Positions 15,668 through 24,376 of a stretch of 37,609 nt of DNA are shown here, in pieces. Within the stretch, counting starts at the first letter, position 1. Each line of letters opens with the position of its first letter. Both the position numbers and the translations under genes were made by a program. Under the pieces are notes generated by a model. The model ran no database searches. It saw only the letters and a program-made list of their open reading frames with translations, and was not told the DNA's origin. Source of the stretch: a virus. Taxonomy: Duplodnaviria; Caudoviricetes. Location of the stretch: the IMG/VR virus record IMGVR_UViG_3300039000_000017, positions 1 to 37,609 of that record; one strand, 5' to 3'.

Positions 15668-17389
15668 ATGACTAATCCGGTAATCGAAGACTGGCTCAAT
15701 AACGCTAACGGCGTTGCCATGAACCCCGACGGGGCTTTCGGCAATCAGTGTGTAGATCTTGTAGACCAGTATGCGCAGGATATCTTCGGGGTAACGTGGC
15801 AAACCGCCGTCGGTGGTGTTGGAGGAGCTAACCAACTACTCGACGCGGTACCGGATGCGTATTGGATCCGCATTGACAATGACCCTAATAACCCGAACCT
15901 TATACCGCAGCGCGGTGACGTAGTTGTATACGGTGGGGATGATCTAAATGCTTTTGGTCATACAGCTGTGACCATGGATGCTGACACTAACGGTGTCACC
16001 GTAATGCAAGAGAACGGCAACACCCCTGCCCTGCCTGCAGGTATTATGCGCCTAGCCTATTCGCAGCGCGGTACGGGCTCGATGATTGGTTGGCTGCGAC
16101 CCCGTGAAGAGAAGATCATCGGCTCTGTAGCACCTGCATCTACCGACACAACACTGCAGCCCTATCAGCGAATCGTTGGTCAGTACGGTGTCAACAAGCG
16201 TGCGGACTCAAACCAGTCGGCTGCCGTCGTGGACAACTTCCCAGCTGGCGTGACGCTCGACTTCGGCGGATTCGTCCACGGAGAGCTGGCCAACGGTACA
16301 GATGTCTGGTTCGTCGGTAAGTACAGCGGTGGATACTTCTCTGCCTCAGCGTTCGATGACGGAAGTACTACGGGCCTCCCAGACCTCACCCCGGCTCCAG
16401 CTGCCCCTGCGGCCCCCGCCGTAAACCCGAACCAGCGCATTACCGCTGCACCTGCAAACCAGCGGGACGCAGCTACACGTAGTGGCGCACTTCTGAAGAC
16501 CTTCGATGCCGATGTCATCTTGGACTTCAAGGGTTTCGTGCACGGCGAAAATGTTGACGGCAACGATATCTGGTTTGTCGGGGCCTATTCTCCTACCTAC
16601 TTCTGGTCCGGTGGCTTCACTGACCCCTCCACAAACGGTCTGGCAGATCTGACTCCGACCCCCGCACCGGCACCAGCCCCTCAGCCAGTGCCCACACCTG
16701 CACCTACACCGGCCCCTCAGCCAGTACCGGCACCCGAACCTGTAACGGATACTTACACGTTCAAGCCTGACTTCGATTTTGTTGAGTACGTACCAGCAAA
16801 TATCAACAACATTGAGCGCGGACGTTTCCCAGCACAGCCGACTCATGATGTTATCCACCAGTTCGGTACCCCGGGTGTTGACACAATTGGCAGTACAATC
16901 AACCAGTTCCAGAACCCGAGCCTAGGGGCTAAGGCCGTTTCGGCGCACTTCGTGGTTTCCGGGACACGTATTGTTCAAATGGTATCACTAAGTGACCGCG
17001 CATACCATGCCTACGTCGTTGGCAACGACTATGTCGGCATTGAGACCGACCCACATCAGGATCCAGAGACCATCGCCTCAGTCAACAAGCTCCAGAGAGC
17101 ATTGAAGGCTAAGTACGGGTACACCCTCATCCCGATCCGCCACAAGGATGTCCCACAGTGTGTCACCAACTGTGGCGCACTTATCAATCTAGACAACTAC
17201 CAGATTGATGCCCCGGCACCAGTACCAACGCCAGTGCCCACACCGACCCCGGCTCCTGCCCCAACTCCAGTCCCGGCACCTACCCCCACACCTGTAAACG
17301 TTGATCTGACAACGGAACAGGCGCTCAAGGTGATCGCTGCGTTCCAGAGTTGGCAGTTGGAATCTTGGAAGCAGTACCTACAAAAATAG
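15668..17389 (+). CDS. Endolysin: CHAP domain, two wall-binding repeats and Amidase_2 domain
   Basis: QCVDL...GD...GHTA..QEN; repeated GFVHGE...WFVG; SAHFVV...AYHA...VGIE...HKD; Pro-rich linkers. Confidence 0.88.
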   Translation: MTNPVIEDWLNNANGVAMNPDGAFGNQCVDLVDQYAQDIFGVTWQTAVGGVGGANQLLDAVPDAYWIRIDNDPNNPNLIPQRGDVVVYGGDDLNAFGHTAVTMDADTNGVTVMQENGNTPALPAGIMRLAYSQRGTGSMIGWLRPREEKIIGSVAPASTDTTLQPYQRIVGQYGVNKRADSNQSAAVVDNFPAGVTLDFGGFVHGELANGTDVWFVGKYSGGYFSASAFDDGSTTGLPDLTPAPAAPAAPAVNPNQRITAAPANQRDAATRSGALLKTFDADVILDFKGFVHGENVDGNDIWFVGAYSPTYFWSGGFTDPSTNGLADLTPTPAPAPAPQPVPTPAPTPAPQPVPAPEPVTDTYTFKPDFDFVEYVPANINNIERGRFPAQPTHDVIHQFGTPGVDTIGSTINQFQNPSLGAKAVSAHFVVSGTRIVQMVSLSDRAYHAYVVGNDYVGIETDPHQDPETIASVNKLQRALKAKYGYTLIPIRHKDVPQCVTNCGALINLDNYQIDAPAPVPTPVPTPTPAPAPTPVPAPTPTPVNVDLTTEQALKVIAAFQSWQLESWKQYLQK

Positions 17390-17508
17390 TCATCTGTAAC
17401 ACACTGTTGAGGCAGGGGTTTTGTCAACCTCTGCCTCTTCTGTTACAGTTGGTTGTTATGTCCAAGCGGTCTAAATATAGACAGCGTAAACACAACAGAA
17501 ATCGGAAT

Positions 17509-18177
17509 ATGAAGAACCTACAAAATAGTGTCCTTACAATTACGATGGCAATTGGTTTGGCCATCACAGGCCTCACCCCAGCACATGCCTCAGCCCCTAC
17601 TACCATCTCCATCGCAGAACCAGTTCAAGCATCTTCAACTACTGAGATTACAGCCGCCCCGGTCACTTTCGCCTTCGAGCGGACTGCAGTCACCACCACC
17701 GCCGCGCCTGTTGCCGCCGTAGTGCCCACACCTGTCGCCTATGCTGCGGCGGAGATTGTTCAGCCCCAGACCTCTGAATCAGTATCCCCTGTAGCTAAGA
17801 CAGTTGCTGCACCAGCCGTAGCGGTTCCTGCGCTACAAACATCTACACCTGTCTCCGGCAACGCCATCGCAGCTGCAGCTCTCGCACAGCTCGGGAGGGC
17901 TCAAGACTGCACCATGCTGGTCACCAACTCCCTCGCTGCCGTCGGCATCCATTTCCACGGCTGGCCTGCAGACTACATCTCTCTTGGACATATCGTCCCT
18001 GAGTCGGCTGCACAGCCCGGAGACCTGATCTACTACGCCAACGGCGGGTCCGGAATGGCCCACATCGCTGTATACATTGGCGGCGGCAAGGCTGTTCACG
18101 GCGGGTTCAACGGCAATTCGACCGTTATCTTCTCGGTCAATGTTGGAACAGGACATCAGTTCATCCACATTGGATAG
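17509..18177 (+). CDS. Secreted NlpC/P60 peptidoglycan hydrolase
   Basis: Signal peptide ending AHA; Ala/Pro/Thr linker; QDCTMLV...PGDLIYY...HIAVYIG...VH. Start may be 17458. Confidence 0.88.
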   Translation: MKNLQNSVLTITMAIGLAITGLTPAHASAPTTISIAEPVQASSTTEITAAPVTFAFERTAVTTTAAPVAAVVPTPVAYAAAEIVQPQTSESVSPVAKTVAAPAVAVPALQTSTPVSGNAIAAAALAQLGRAQDCTMLVTNSLAAVGIHFHGWPADYISLGHIVPESAAQPGDLIYYANGGSGMAHIAVYIGGGKAVHGGFNGNSTVIFSVNVGTGHQFIHIG

Positions 18178-18203
18178 ACAGCTGTAAATATCTATAGTAC
18201 AAT
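18175..18203 (+). promoter_or_regulatory. SigA-like promoter
   Basis: TAGACA-17-TACAAT, 7 nt before the tRNA. Confidence 0.65.
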
Positions 18204-18210
18204 TAGTATT

Positions 18211-18279
18211 GCCTGTCGTGTCAGGGACCGGAACTCTCTCATAAGGAGCTCTAGCGGGGATCGTTACCCCGGACAGGTA
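18211..18279 (+). tRNA. tRNA-Met(CAT) with a minimal D-arm
   Basis: gcctgtc/gacaggt acceptor; gtc-AGG-gac; ctct-CT CAT AA-ggag; cgggg-ATCGTTA-ccccg. Confidence 0.72.
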
Positions 18280-18280
18280 C

Positions 18281-19000
18281 GTGAACGATATAATGACACC
18301 ATTCTGGAAAAAGCCTATGCTCGCGCTCGACACCGAGACGACAGGGGTAGACTCCTTCAACGACCGAATCGTCACCTGTTCGATGGTCTATGATGATGGA
18401 TACGGAAACCAGCAGGAACGTAACTGGATCATGAATCCCGGCATCGACATTCCTACTGGGGCCTCGGATGTCCACGGAGTGACCACTGAGATCGCCCAGC
18501 GAGACGGTACCGACGCCCGCGAGGGTATCTTCAGTATTGCCAGATCACTCTGCGACATGGTGGAAGCTGGGGTGCCTTTAGTCGTCTACAACGCACCATT
18601 CGACTTGACACTGCTTCTTGCCGAGTTCAAGCGCTTTGGTGTGGACCAACACTGGAGGCCAACCTTCAACCGCGTCATCGATCCGCTCGTGATCGACAAG
18701 GCGACGGACAAGTTCCGGAAAGGCAGCCGTAAACTGACCGACACCGCTGCACACTACGGTTACGACCTGACTAACGCACACTCTGCGGATGCTGACTGCA
18801 AGGCTGCCCTCCACATCGCCAGAGCCATCTGCGAGCAGAATTTCACCCCGGATACCACCATCGAAGAGGTTCAGCTGCTGCAGATTGGCTGGAAAGCCGC
18901 CCAAGCACGGAGCTTCCAGAGCTATTTGCGCAAGGAAAAGGATCCTGAAGCTGTAATCAATCAGGAATGGCCGGTTATGACAGTCAATAACAACATTTGA
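18281..19000 (+). CDS. DnaQ-like DEDDh 3'-5' exonuclease
   Basis: ALDTETTG, YNAPFD, AHSADAD. Start is 18281 (GTG) or 18293 (ATG). Confidence 0.93.
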   Translation: MNDIMTPFWKKPMLALDTETTGVDSFNDRIVTCSMVYDDGYGNQQERNWIMNPGIDIPTGASDVHGVTTEIAQRDGTDAREGIFSIARSLCDMVEAGVPLVVYNAPFDLTLLLAEFKRFGVDQHWRPTFNRVIDPLVIDKATDKFRKGSRKLTDTAAHYGYDLTNAHSADADCKAALHIARAICEQNFTPDTTIEEVQLLQIGWKAAQARSFQSYLRKEKDPEAVINQEWPVMTVNNNI

Positions 19001-19025
19001 CACCGAAAACAACTCTATGTATAGT
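18997..19025 (+). promoter_or_regulatory. SigA-like promoter
   Basis: TTGACA-17-TATAGT. Confidence 0.75.
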
Positions 19026-19060
19026 AATTACATAAGGTTCCCACAAAACAAAGGAAGAAA

Positions 19061-19570
19061 ATGTCTCGACAAGATGTAAAAGACGGCGCGAAGATTCTTG
19101 GTGGCGGGTTTGGGACCATCCTCGCTGTCATCCTCGGATTTATGGCCGTCGGCGCGGTAATTTGGGGTATTTCGGTGGCCACCAGTGATATTCGGGGCCA
19201 AGGCGACGCCCAGATGCAGATCAACTCGGGTACCAACCGGATCGACCAGTATACCCACTTCTGGACGCTGGATAAGGACATCCGTTCGCAGTCACAGAAC
19301 GTTGCAACGGCCAAACAGCAGCTGGATGACTTCAACAAGGCCATGCCGATCTCCAAGGATGAGCCTTTCAACATCTCGGAGCAGCGGACGAGCCTCCAGA
19401 ACAACTACAACGGCCCTCTTCAACTCTGCCGAGCCAATGTAGCCCAGTACAACAACGATTCCAAGGCTTACACGTCTGCCAAGTTCAAAGACTCGCAGCT
19501 CCCGTGGGGTTACGACCCTACAGCCTGTGACAGCCCGATAAGCCTGCCCGTAGCACCACCAGCACCGTAA
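19061..19570 (+). CDS. Membrane-anchored coiled-coil protein
   Basis: N-terminal transmembrane helix; aagga RBS. Confidence 0.85.
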   Translation: MSRQDVKDGAKILGGGFGTILAVILGFMAVGAVIWGISVATSDIRGQGDAQMQINSGTNRIDQYTHFWTLDKDIRSQSQNVATAKQQLDDFNKAMPISKDEPFNISEQRTSLQNNYNGPLQLCRANVAQYNNDSKAYTSAKFKDSQLPWGYDPTACDSPISLPVAPPAP

Positions 19571-19598
19571 TTACCAACCAAAACGACGAAAGAAGATC

Positions 19599-20165
19599 AT
19601 GAAAATTACCCGATTTAAGGCTCTTTCAGCCGCTGCTGTTGCAGCTGTAGCCGTTGTTGCCCTTTCTGCCTGTGGCAGTAACCCACCTAGCTCGCAGGAA
19701 GCCAATCAAAAAGTAACTGAGCAGTATGCACAGAAGCTCAGCAACGCTGAGCCGTATCCGCTGTCACAGATGAACGATTCGGCGGAGCGTGCCAACCTGC
19801 GGGAGAAGCTACTGCGCCTGAACGACCCCAACAAGATCGGTTACGTCAACGAGCTGACCCAGAACGGCCAGATCATTGCCAGCTATGTCATCAAGGGCAA
19901 GGTCTCATCCAACGCCTCACAGCTGACCAACACCCAGAACATCAACACCGGCTACACCGGAAACCCCGTCACAGAGTCGATGGGCGACGACGGATCCTCT
20001 GGACCGTCTGAGCCCGGTGTCTTCTTCTTCACCACGACCGGCCAGATGATCACGTGGAACGGACTCATCCAGTACTCCGATGCCCCCGTGAGCCTAACCT
20101 CCAAGCCGCTCATCACCATTGACGCCAATGCCAAGCCTTCCAACACGGCAGGTCAATTGAAATAA
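19599..20165 (+). CDS. Lipoprotein
   Basis: Lipobox LSAC after a hydrophobic signal. Confidence 0.85.
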   Translation: MKITRFKALSAAAVAAVAVVALSACGSNPPSSQEANQKVTEQYAQKLSNAEPYPLSQMNDSAERANLREKLLRLNDPNKIGYVNELTQNGQIIASYVIKGKVSSNASQLTNTQNINTGYTGNPVTESMGDDGSSGPSEPGVFFFTTTGQMITWNGLIQYSDAPVSLTSKPLITIDANAKPSNTAGQLK

Positions 20166-20194
20166 CCGCTACACGGAGACACCGTGTCGGGTAG

Positions 20195-20224
20195 TTGACA
20201 CGGTGTCTTTGTGTATGGTACTAT
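20195..20224 (+). promoter_or_regulatory. SigA-like promoter overlapping an inverted repeat
   Basis: TTGACA-18-TACTAT; acacggagacaccgtgtc / gacacggtgtctttgtgt hairpin at 20171-20214. Confidence 0.6.
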
Positions 20225-20236
20225 AGATATACACAG

Positions 20237-20310
20237 CACGGAGTGGGGAAGTTCGGTATCCCGTTGGGCTCATAACCCGAAGATCATCGGTTCAAATCCG
20301 ATCTCCGTAA
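20237..20310 (+). tRNA. Initiator tRNA-fMet(CAT)
   Basis: C1:A72 mismatch; GGG/CCC anticodon stem. Confidence 0.92.
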
Positions 20311-20371
20311 CGAAAGTTGCCGTTGGATACCCGAGAGGGTCGGTACCTGCCTGTAGGGCGAAAATTCATAT

Positions 20372-20455
20372 TCTCACGGGGCACCTGTTGGCTGGGTGCG
20401 ACAGACTGTTAATCTGTTTCGAAAGACACCGTAGGTTCGATTCCTACCGTGAGAG
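20372..20455 (+). tRNA. tRNA-Asn(GTT) with an extended D-stem and variable arm
   Basis: tctcacg/cgtgaga acceptor; acaga-CT GTT AA-tctgt; 13-nt variable region. Confidence 0.85.
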
Positions 20456-20617
20456 CGATTCACAGGGAGGCATCCTATGTCAATCATGCGTAACAGGGTG
20501 ACGACCCACCGTTGATATGTGAATGTAGTACCGTCTTCTGAGACAGCATGTCCAATGTTATATGGAATGACACACGGGAAAGAACTGTGAACCCGGCTCT
20601 CTGACAAGAGAGCAACT

Positions 20618-20690
20618 GGGGCCTTAGCTCAATCGGAAGAGCGCCTGCTTTGCAAGCAGGAGGCAGTGGGATCGTAACCCACAGGCTCCA
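20618..20690 (+). tRNA. tRNA-Ala(TGC)
   Basis: G3:U70 pair; cctgc-TT TGC AA-gcagg. Confidence 0.93.
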
Positions 20691-20771
20691 CGCAATATAA
20701 CTCGGCGACGACGTTAATCATCCCAACAGGAGTGGCGAACCCAATTCGCACAGCCGCTAGGACCGGCACTT

Positions 20772-20846
20772 GCTTACGTAGAACAGTCTGGAGTGTTCGC
20801 ATCCCTGTCACGGATGAGGTCGAGGGTTCAAATCCCTTCGTAGGCG
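20772..20846 (+). tRNA. tRNA-Asp(GTC)
   Basis: catcc-CT GTC AC-ggatg. Confidence 0.93.
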
Positions 20847-20943
20847 CGCGGAGTAGATCGTTACCTTTTCGGCAGGCTGTAGCCCTTCTGAAATGGCGAA
20901 TCGGTCGCCAGTTCGTTACAGCAGACTGGACACTGCTCCTCAT

Positions 20944-21026
20944 GGTGGTTGTGGCGAAATTGGTAGCCGCGCTAGGTTGTGGTCCTAGTGTCCAAGGACA
21001 TGCGGGTTCAAGTCCCGTCAATCACC
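20944..21026 (+). tRNA. tRNA-His(GTG) with a variable arm
   Basis: G-1:C73 pair; ctagg-TT GTG GT-cctag; tgtcc-AA-ggaca variable hairpin. Confidence 0.9.
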
Positions 21027-21114
21027 CAAGTGGAACCCACTCTGCGACCCAGCTAAGGGTAGAGGGAGCTCTCCACTCAAGATGGGATTAGCCGCCGCAA
21101 GGTGCCCATACCAA

Positions 21115-21201
21115 GGCGGTAGGGCTACTGTTGGTTGGTGGCACCAGACTGTAAATCTGGCGATGTAATGTCCCCCGGGGGTTCGATTCCCTCTGCCGTC
21201 A
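21115..21201 (+). tRNA. tRNA-Tyr(GTA)
   Basis: ccaga-CT GTA AA-tctgg; long variable region. Confidence 0.88.
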
Positions 21202-21204
21202 CGA

Positions 21205-21241
21205 AGGATCCTTTCACTTATGATCTAAGTGAAAGGATCCT
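21205..21241. repeat. Perfect 16-bp inverted repeat (terminator, processing hairpin or operator)
   Basis: aggatcctttcactta-tgatc-taagtgaaaggatcct; no U-tract. Confidence 0.7.
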
Positions 21242-21281
21242 GCACCAAGTTTTTCAGATAGCCCAACGACAAAGGATACCA

Positions 21282-21884
21282 ATGACGAACCCTGACTACA
21301 CTGCTCTTCTCTTCATCATCGATGAATCCGGCTCCATGTACAGCATTGCCAAGGACATGGAAGGCGGAATCAACACACTCCTCGAAGAACAGTCCAAGCT
21401 ACCCGGCAAGCTGACCGTGGACGTGGCCTACTTCGATACAAACTTCCGCTACCCGACCTCCTTGGTCGCTGCAGCGGATGCCGACATCAAGATCGTGCCC
21501 AAAGGCGGGACATCACTTCACGATGCCATCGTACAGGCCACCAGCAAGTTTGGTGAGACACTCTCCGCACTTCCCGAGGATGAGCGTCCCGGCACAGTCA
21601 TGGCAGTCATCGTCACAGACGGCCACGAAAACTCCAGCCGAGAAGCCACCAAGGCAGACGTCAAGGCGCTCATCACCGAGCAGCAGGACACCTACAACTG
21701 GAGCTACGTATTCCTTGGTGCCAATCAGGACGCTGTCCTCGCCGGGGAGTCCTTCGGGCTCCGTAAAGGCGCGTCGCTGACCTACGACGCTTCCACCATT
21801 GGCGTTGCGAACGCATCGACGCTGCTATCCAACTACGCCACTACGACCCGTAGTGGTGGGATCGCCAGCTTCACTAATGCCTGA
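21282..21884 (+). CDS. vWA domain protein
   Basis: MIDAS motif DESGSM, GGTSLHDAI, IVTDGHENSS, FLGAN; aagga RBS. Confidence 0.92.
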   Translation: MTNPDYTALLFIIDESGSMYSIAKDMEGGINTLLEEQSKLPGKLTVDVAYFDTNFRYPTSLVAAADADIKIVPKGGTSLHDAIVQATSKFGETLSALPEDERPGTVMAVIVTDGHENSSREATKADVKALITEQQDTYNWSYVFLGANQDAVLAGESFGLRKGASLTYDASTIGVANASTLLSNYATTTRSGGIASFTNA

Positions 21885-22128
21885 TCAGCAAGTACCTGAT
21901 TTTCTCGGCAACCTTGTCTCCGTTGGGGACAGGGTTGTCGTGGTTTTCAGGGAAGAACAGGTTAGGGTCGGAACTGTGGCGGAGTTCAGCTCTCGCATGT
22001 ATTTAGGCCATGACACACCCACCATGGCCGTGAACTGGGAGAAGTGCACTGGAGGGATGCCCAGCAAGAGGACTAGCGCTGTCCATCTTCACGCCCGTAT
22101 ATTTTTGAAACTCTTCCCGGAAAAGTAG
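21877..22128 (+). CDS. Hypothetical protein
   Basis: MPDQQVPDFLGNLVSVGDRVVV; overlaps the vWA stop. Confidence 0.7.
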   Translation: MPDQQVPDFLGNLVSVGDRVVVVFREEQVRVGTVAEFSSRMYLGHDTPTMAVNWEKCTGGMPSKRTSAVHLHARIFLKLFPEK

Positions 22129-22201
22129 TCAAGGGTTGCACGCCCATGCTTAGGTGTGTATAGTAGTTACTACAAGACATACCAACGACAAAGGACAAGA
22201 A

Positions 22202-24325
22202 ATGATCATTGAAGCAGATGTAACCACCGTCGTCACCAACATGCCTGTCGGTGCTACCACCGAAATGGTGATCAGCAAGGAGGGCATGGCCCACCTGATG
22301 AAGACCCTCTCCAACATGTACAACGACCCCAAGCTCGCCGTGATCCGGGAATACTTCACCAACGGCCTTGACTCACACGTGATGGCAGGGCAGACCGCCC
22401 CTGTAGAGGTTAGCCTGCCCACCAGCTACAACAACATGTATGTTGTACAGGACTTCGGTGTCGGCATGAGCGTCGATGACATCAACAACATCTACTCTCA
22501 GTACGGCGCATCCACCAAGCGCGGCTCCAACGACCAGATCGGTGCCTTCGGTCTCGGAGCCAAGTCGGCCCTCGCCATTGCCAACCAGTTCACACTGGTG
22601 ACTATCAAGGATGGTGTCAAGGCGACCGTGCTGGTCCAGAAGTCAGCGTCCGGTATCAACACCATGTCCGTCGTCTCCGTCCTTGAGACCGAAGACGCCA
22701 ACGGTGTTACGGTTTCCATCCCGGTCGATGACCCTTACTCCTTCAACTCCAAGGCCCGTGAGTTCTTCCGCTTCGTGGATCCCGGCATGGTGCTTGTGGA
22801 CGGCTACGCCCCCAACTCCATCTTCGACTCGGTCACCAAGCTGGAGGATATTTCAGCCCCCGGCGTGGACGCCTACGTAGATATCTCCCGAGCCTACGGT
22901 ACGTCGTACGTGATCATGGGTCAGGTCGCCTACGCCCTGACGACGGAGAACATCGAAGAGGCGTCAGAGCGTCTCGGCATCTCCTCCACCTACCAGCTCC
23001 GCAGCATCCCGGTCTACTTCAAGGTTCCGATCGGTACTGTCGACCTGACCCCGAACCGTGAGGGCCTGTTGTTCAACGACAAGACCAACACCCTGATCGA
23101 TCTTCTGATCAAGGAGTACATGGAGTCGGTCAAGCAGACCGCACAGACTGCCGTGGACGCCGTCGAGAGCCGTTTTGAGGTCTATGATCTGGCCAAGAGC
23201 TGGTCCGACCGTCTTGGAATCACGCTGCAGTGGCGTGGTGAGGACATCGTCTCCGAGATTAAGACCGCGACCCCCTCAAGCACAATCAAACGTACCGCTT
23301 GGGACAAGTCCTCCCACGGCACCACATACGAACTGCCGCTGGGCACTAAGACTCGGCGGATCGTCGTCACCGGCCAGTCCTTTGACAAGTACAAGCGTGT
23401 CAGCAACTACATCTCGGATTATATGGGGATGGAGGACCTGACTGGCATGACAGTCTTCTACTTCCGCGCCGAACTGGATGAACTGGACAACGAGTGGGTC
23501 ACTGAACACCCGTACATCACGTTCGAAGATTTCGATGACATGATCCAGCGGGTGAAGGACTACCGTAAGGCTCAGCGGGCAGCCCAGCGTGCCCTGCTGC
23601 CCAAGGAAACCCGGGACCGCCCTGCCAAGATGGAGTACGCCGTACTGGATCTTGATGAAGGCAAGATCGTTCGAACCGCCTACGACGCGATTCCAGCTGA
23701 CTCTTACTACATCCACGCTTCCCGAATGCTTATGCCTACCGCCTTCCGTGAGGCCTTCGACGGTAAGTCATATGGGGCGTCCAGCCTTGTTGACGGTCTG
23801 CGGCTCCTTCTCGGTGACGGTGCTGCTGTTGTCTTCATCCCGAAGACGCGGTCCTTGGAGTCATTCCTTGCCCGGACCAAGGACGTTGCCGGTCTCCGCA
23901 GCCTGACAGACGTGGGTACTGAGGCTCAGGCACGCATCGACGCCCTGATGACGCCAGAGGTCCTACGCCACCGGAACCGATCGCTGGACCACGTATCCAA
24001 CCGTCGGCTGATGAATCTTCCGCAAGAGATGATCAACCGGATTTTGGATGAGGATGTACGCACCCTTGTCGCCGCCACGAGTGATGAGACCAAGGAACTT
24101 AATCAGGAAGCAATCAGGATCTATAGGGCAGTCAGCAACCTCGGCATGTCCGACGTTTCGGTATCGCTTCCTGAGGTGGAGACCTTTGAAGAGCCCGATA
24201 CCGGACACACCTATCCGCTTCTGGATGCCCTGACCTACAACCACCTCACTGAGGCACAGCAGGAACATGTCATCCAGTACATGAACATGGTCTACAGCGA
24301 TCAGTTGACACTTGTAGATGCATAA
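22202..24325 (+). CDS. RIIA-like protein with an N-terminal GHKL ATPase
   Basis: IREYFTNGLDS, QDFGVGM, STKRGSNDQIGAFGLGAKS, PNREGL; paired with the rIIB-like gene. Confidence 0.85.
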   Translation: MIIEADVTTVVTNMPVGATTEMVISKEGMAHLMKTLSNMYNDPKLAVIREYFTNGLDSHVMAGQTAPVEVSLPTSYNNMYVVQDFGVGMSVDDINNIYSQYGASTKRGSNDQIGAFGLGAKSALAIANQFTLVTIKDGVKATVLVQKSASGINTMSVVSVLETEDANGVTVSIPVDDPYSFNSKAREFFRFVDPGMVLVDGYAPNSIFDSVTKLEDISAPGVDAYVDISRAYGTSYVIMGQVAYALTTENIEEASERLGISSTYQLRSIPVYFKVPIGTVDLTPNREGLLFNDKTNTLIDLLIKEYMESVKQTAQTAVDAVESRFEVYDLAKSWSDRLGITLQWRGEDIVSEIKTATPSSTIKRTAWDKSSHGTTYELPLGTKTRRIVVTGQSFDKYKRVSNYISDYMGMEDLTGMTVFYFRAELDELDNEWVTEHPYITFEDFDDMIQRVKDYRKAQRAAQRALLPKETRDRPAKMEYAVLDLDEGKIVRTAYDAIPADSYYIHASRMLMPTAFREAFDGKSYGASSLVDGLRLLLGDGAAVVFIPKTRSLESFLARTKDVAGLRSLTDVGTEAQARIDALMTPEVLRHRNRSLDHVSNRRLMNLPQEMINRILDEDVRTLVAATSDETKELNQEAIRIYRAVSNLGMSDVSVSLPEVETFEEPDTGHTYPLLDALTYNHLTEAQQEHVIQYMNMVYSDQLTLVDA

Positions 24326-24376
24326 GATTTCTGGTAATATTGGAACTACTCAACCACCAACGACTAAGGACTCAAA

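Noticed and set aside
16660-17295. Tandem repeats resembling a CRISPR array or VNTR
   Set aside because: They are in-frame Pro-Ala/Pro-Thr linker codons of the endolysin, with no repeat-spacer pattern.
6545-21113. Known self-cleaving ribozymes (hammerhead, pistol, HDV-like theta) in the tRNA spacers
   Set aside because: I could not match complete catalytic consensus cores by eye. A covariance-model scan is needed before excluding them fully.
20629-21281. ORFs 20629-21021, 20732-21091 and the 5' extension of the vWA ORF from 21135
   Set aside because: They overlap clear tRNA genes. The vWA gene has an RBS-backed ATG at 21282.
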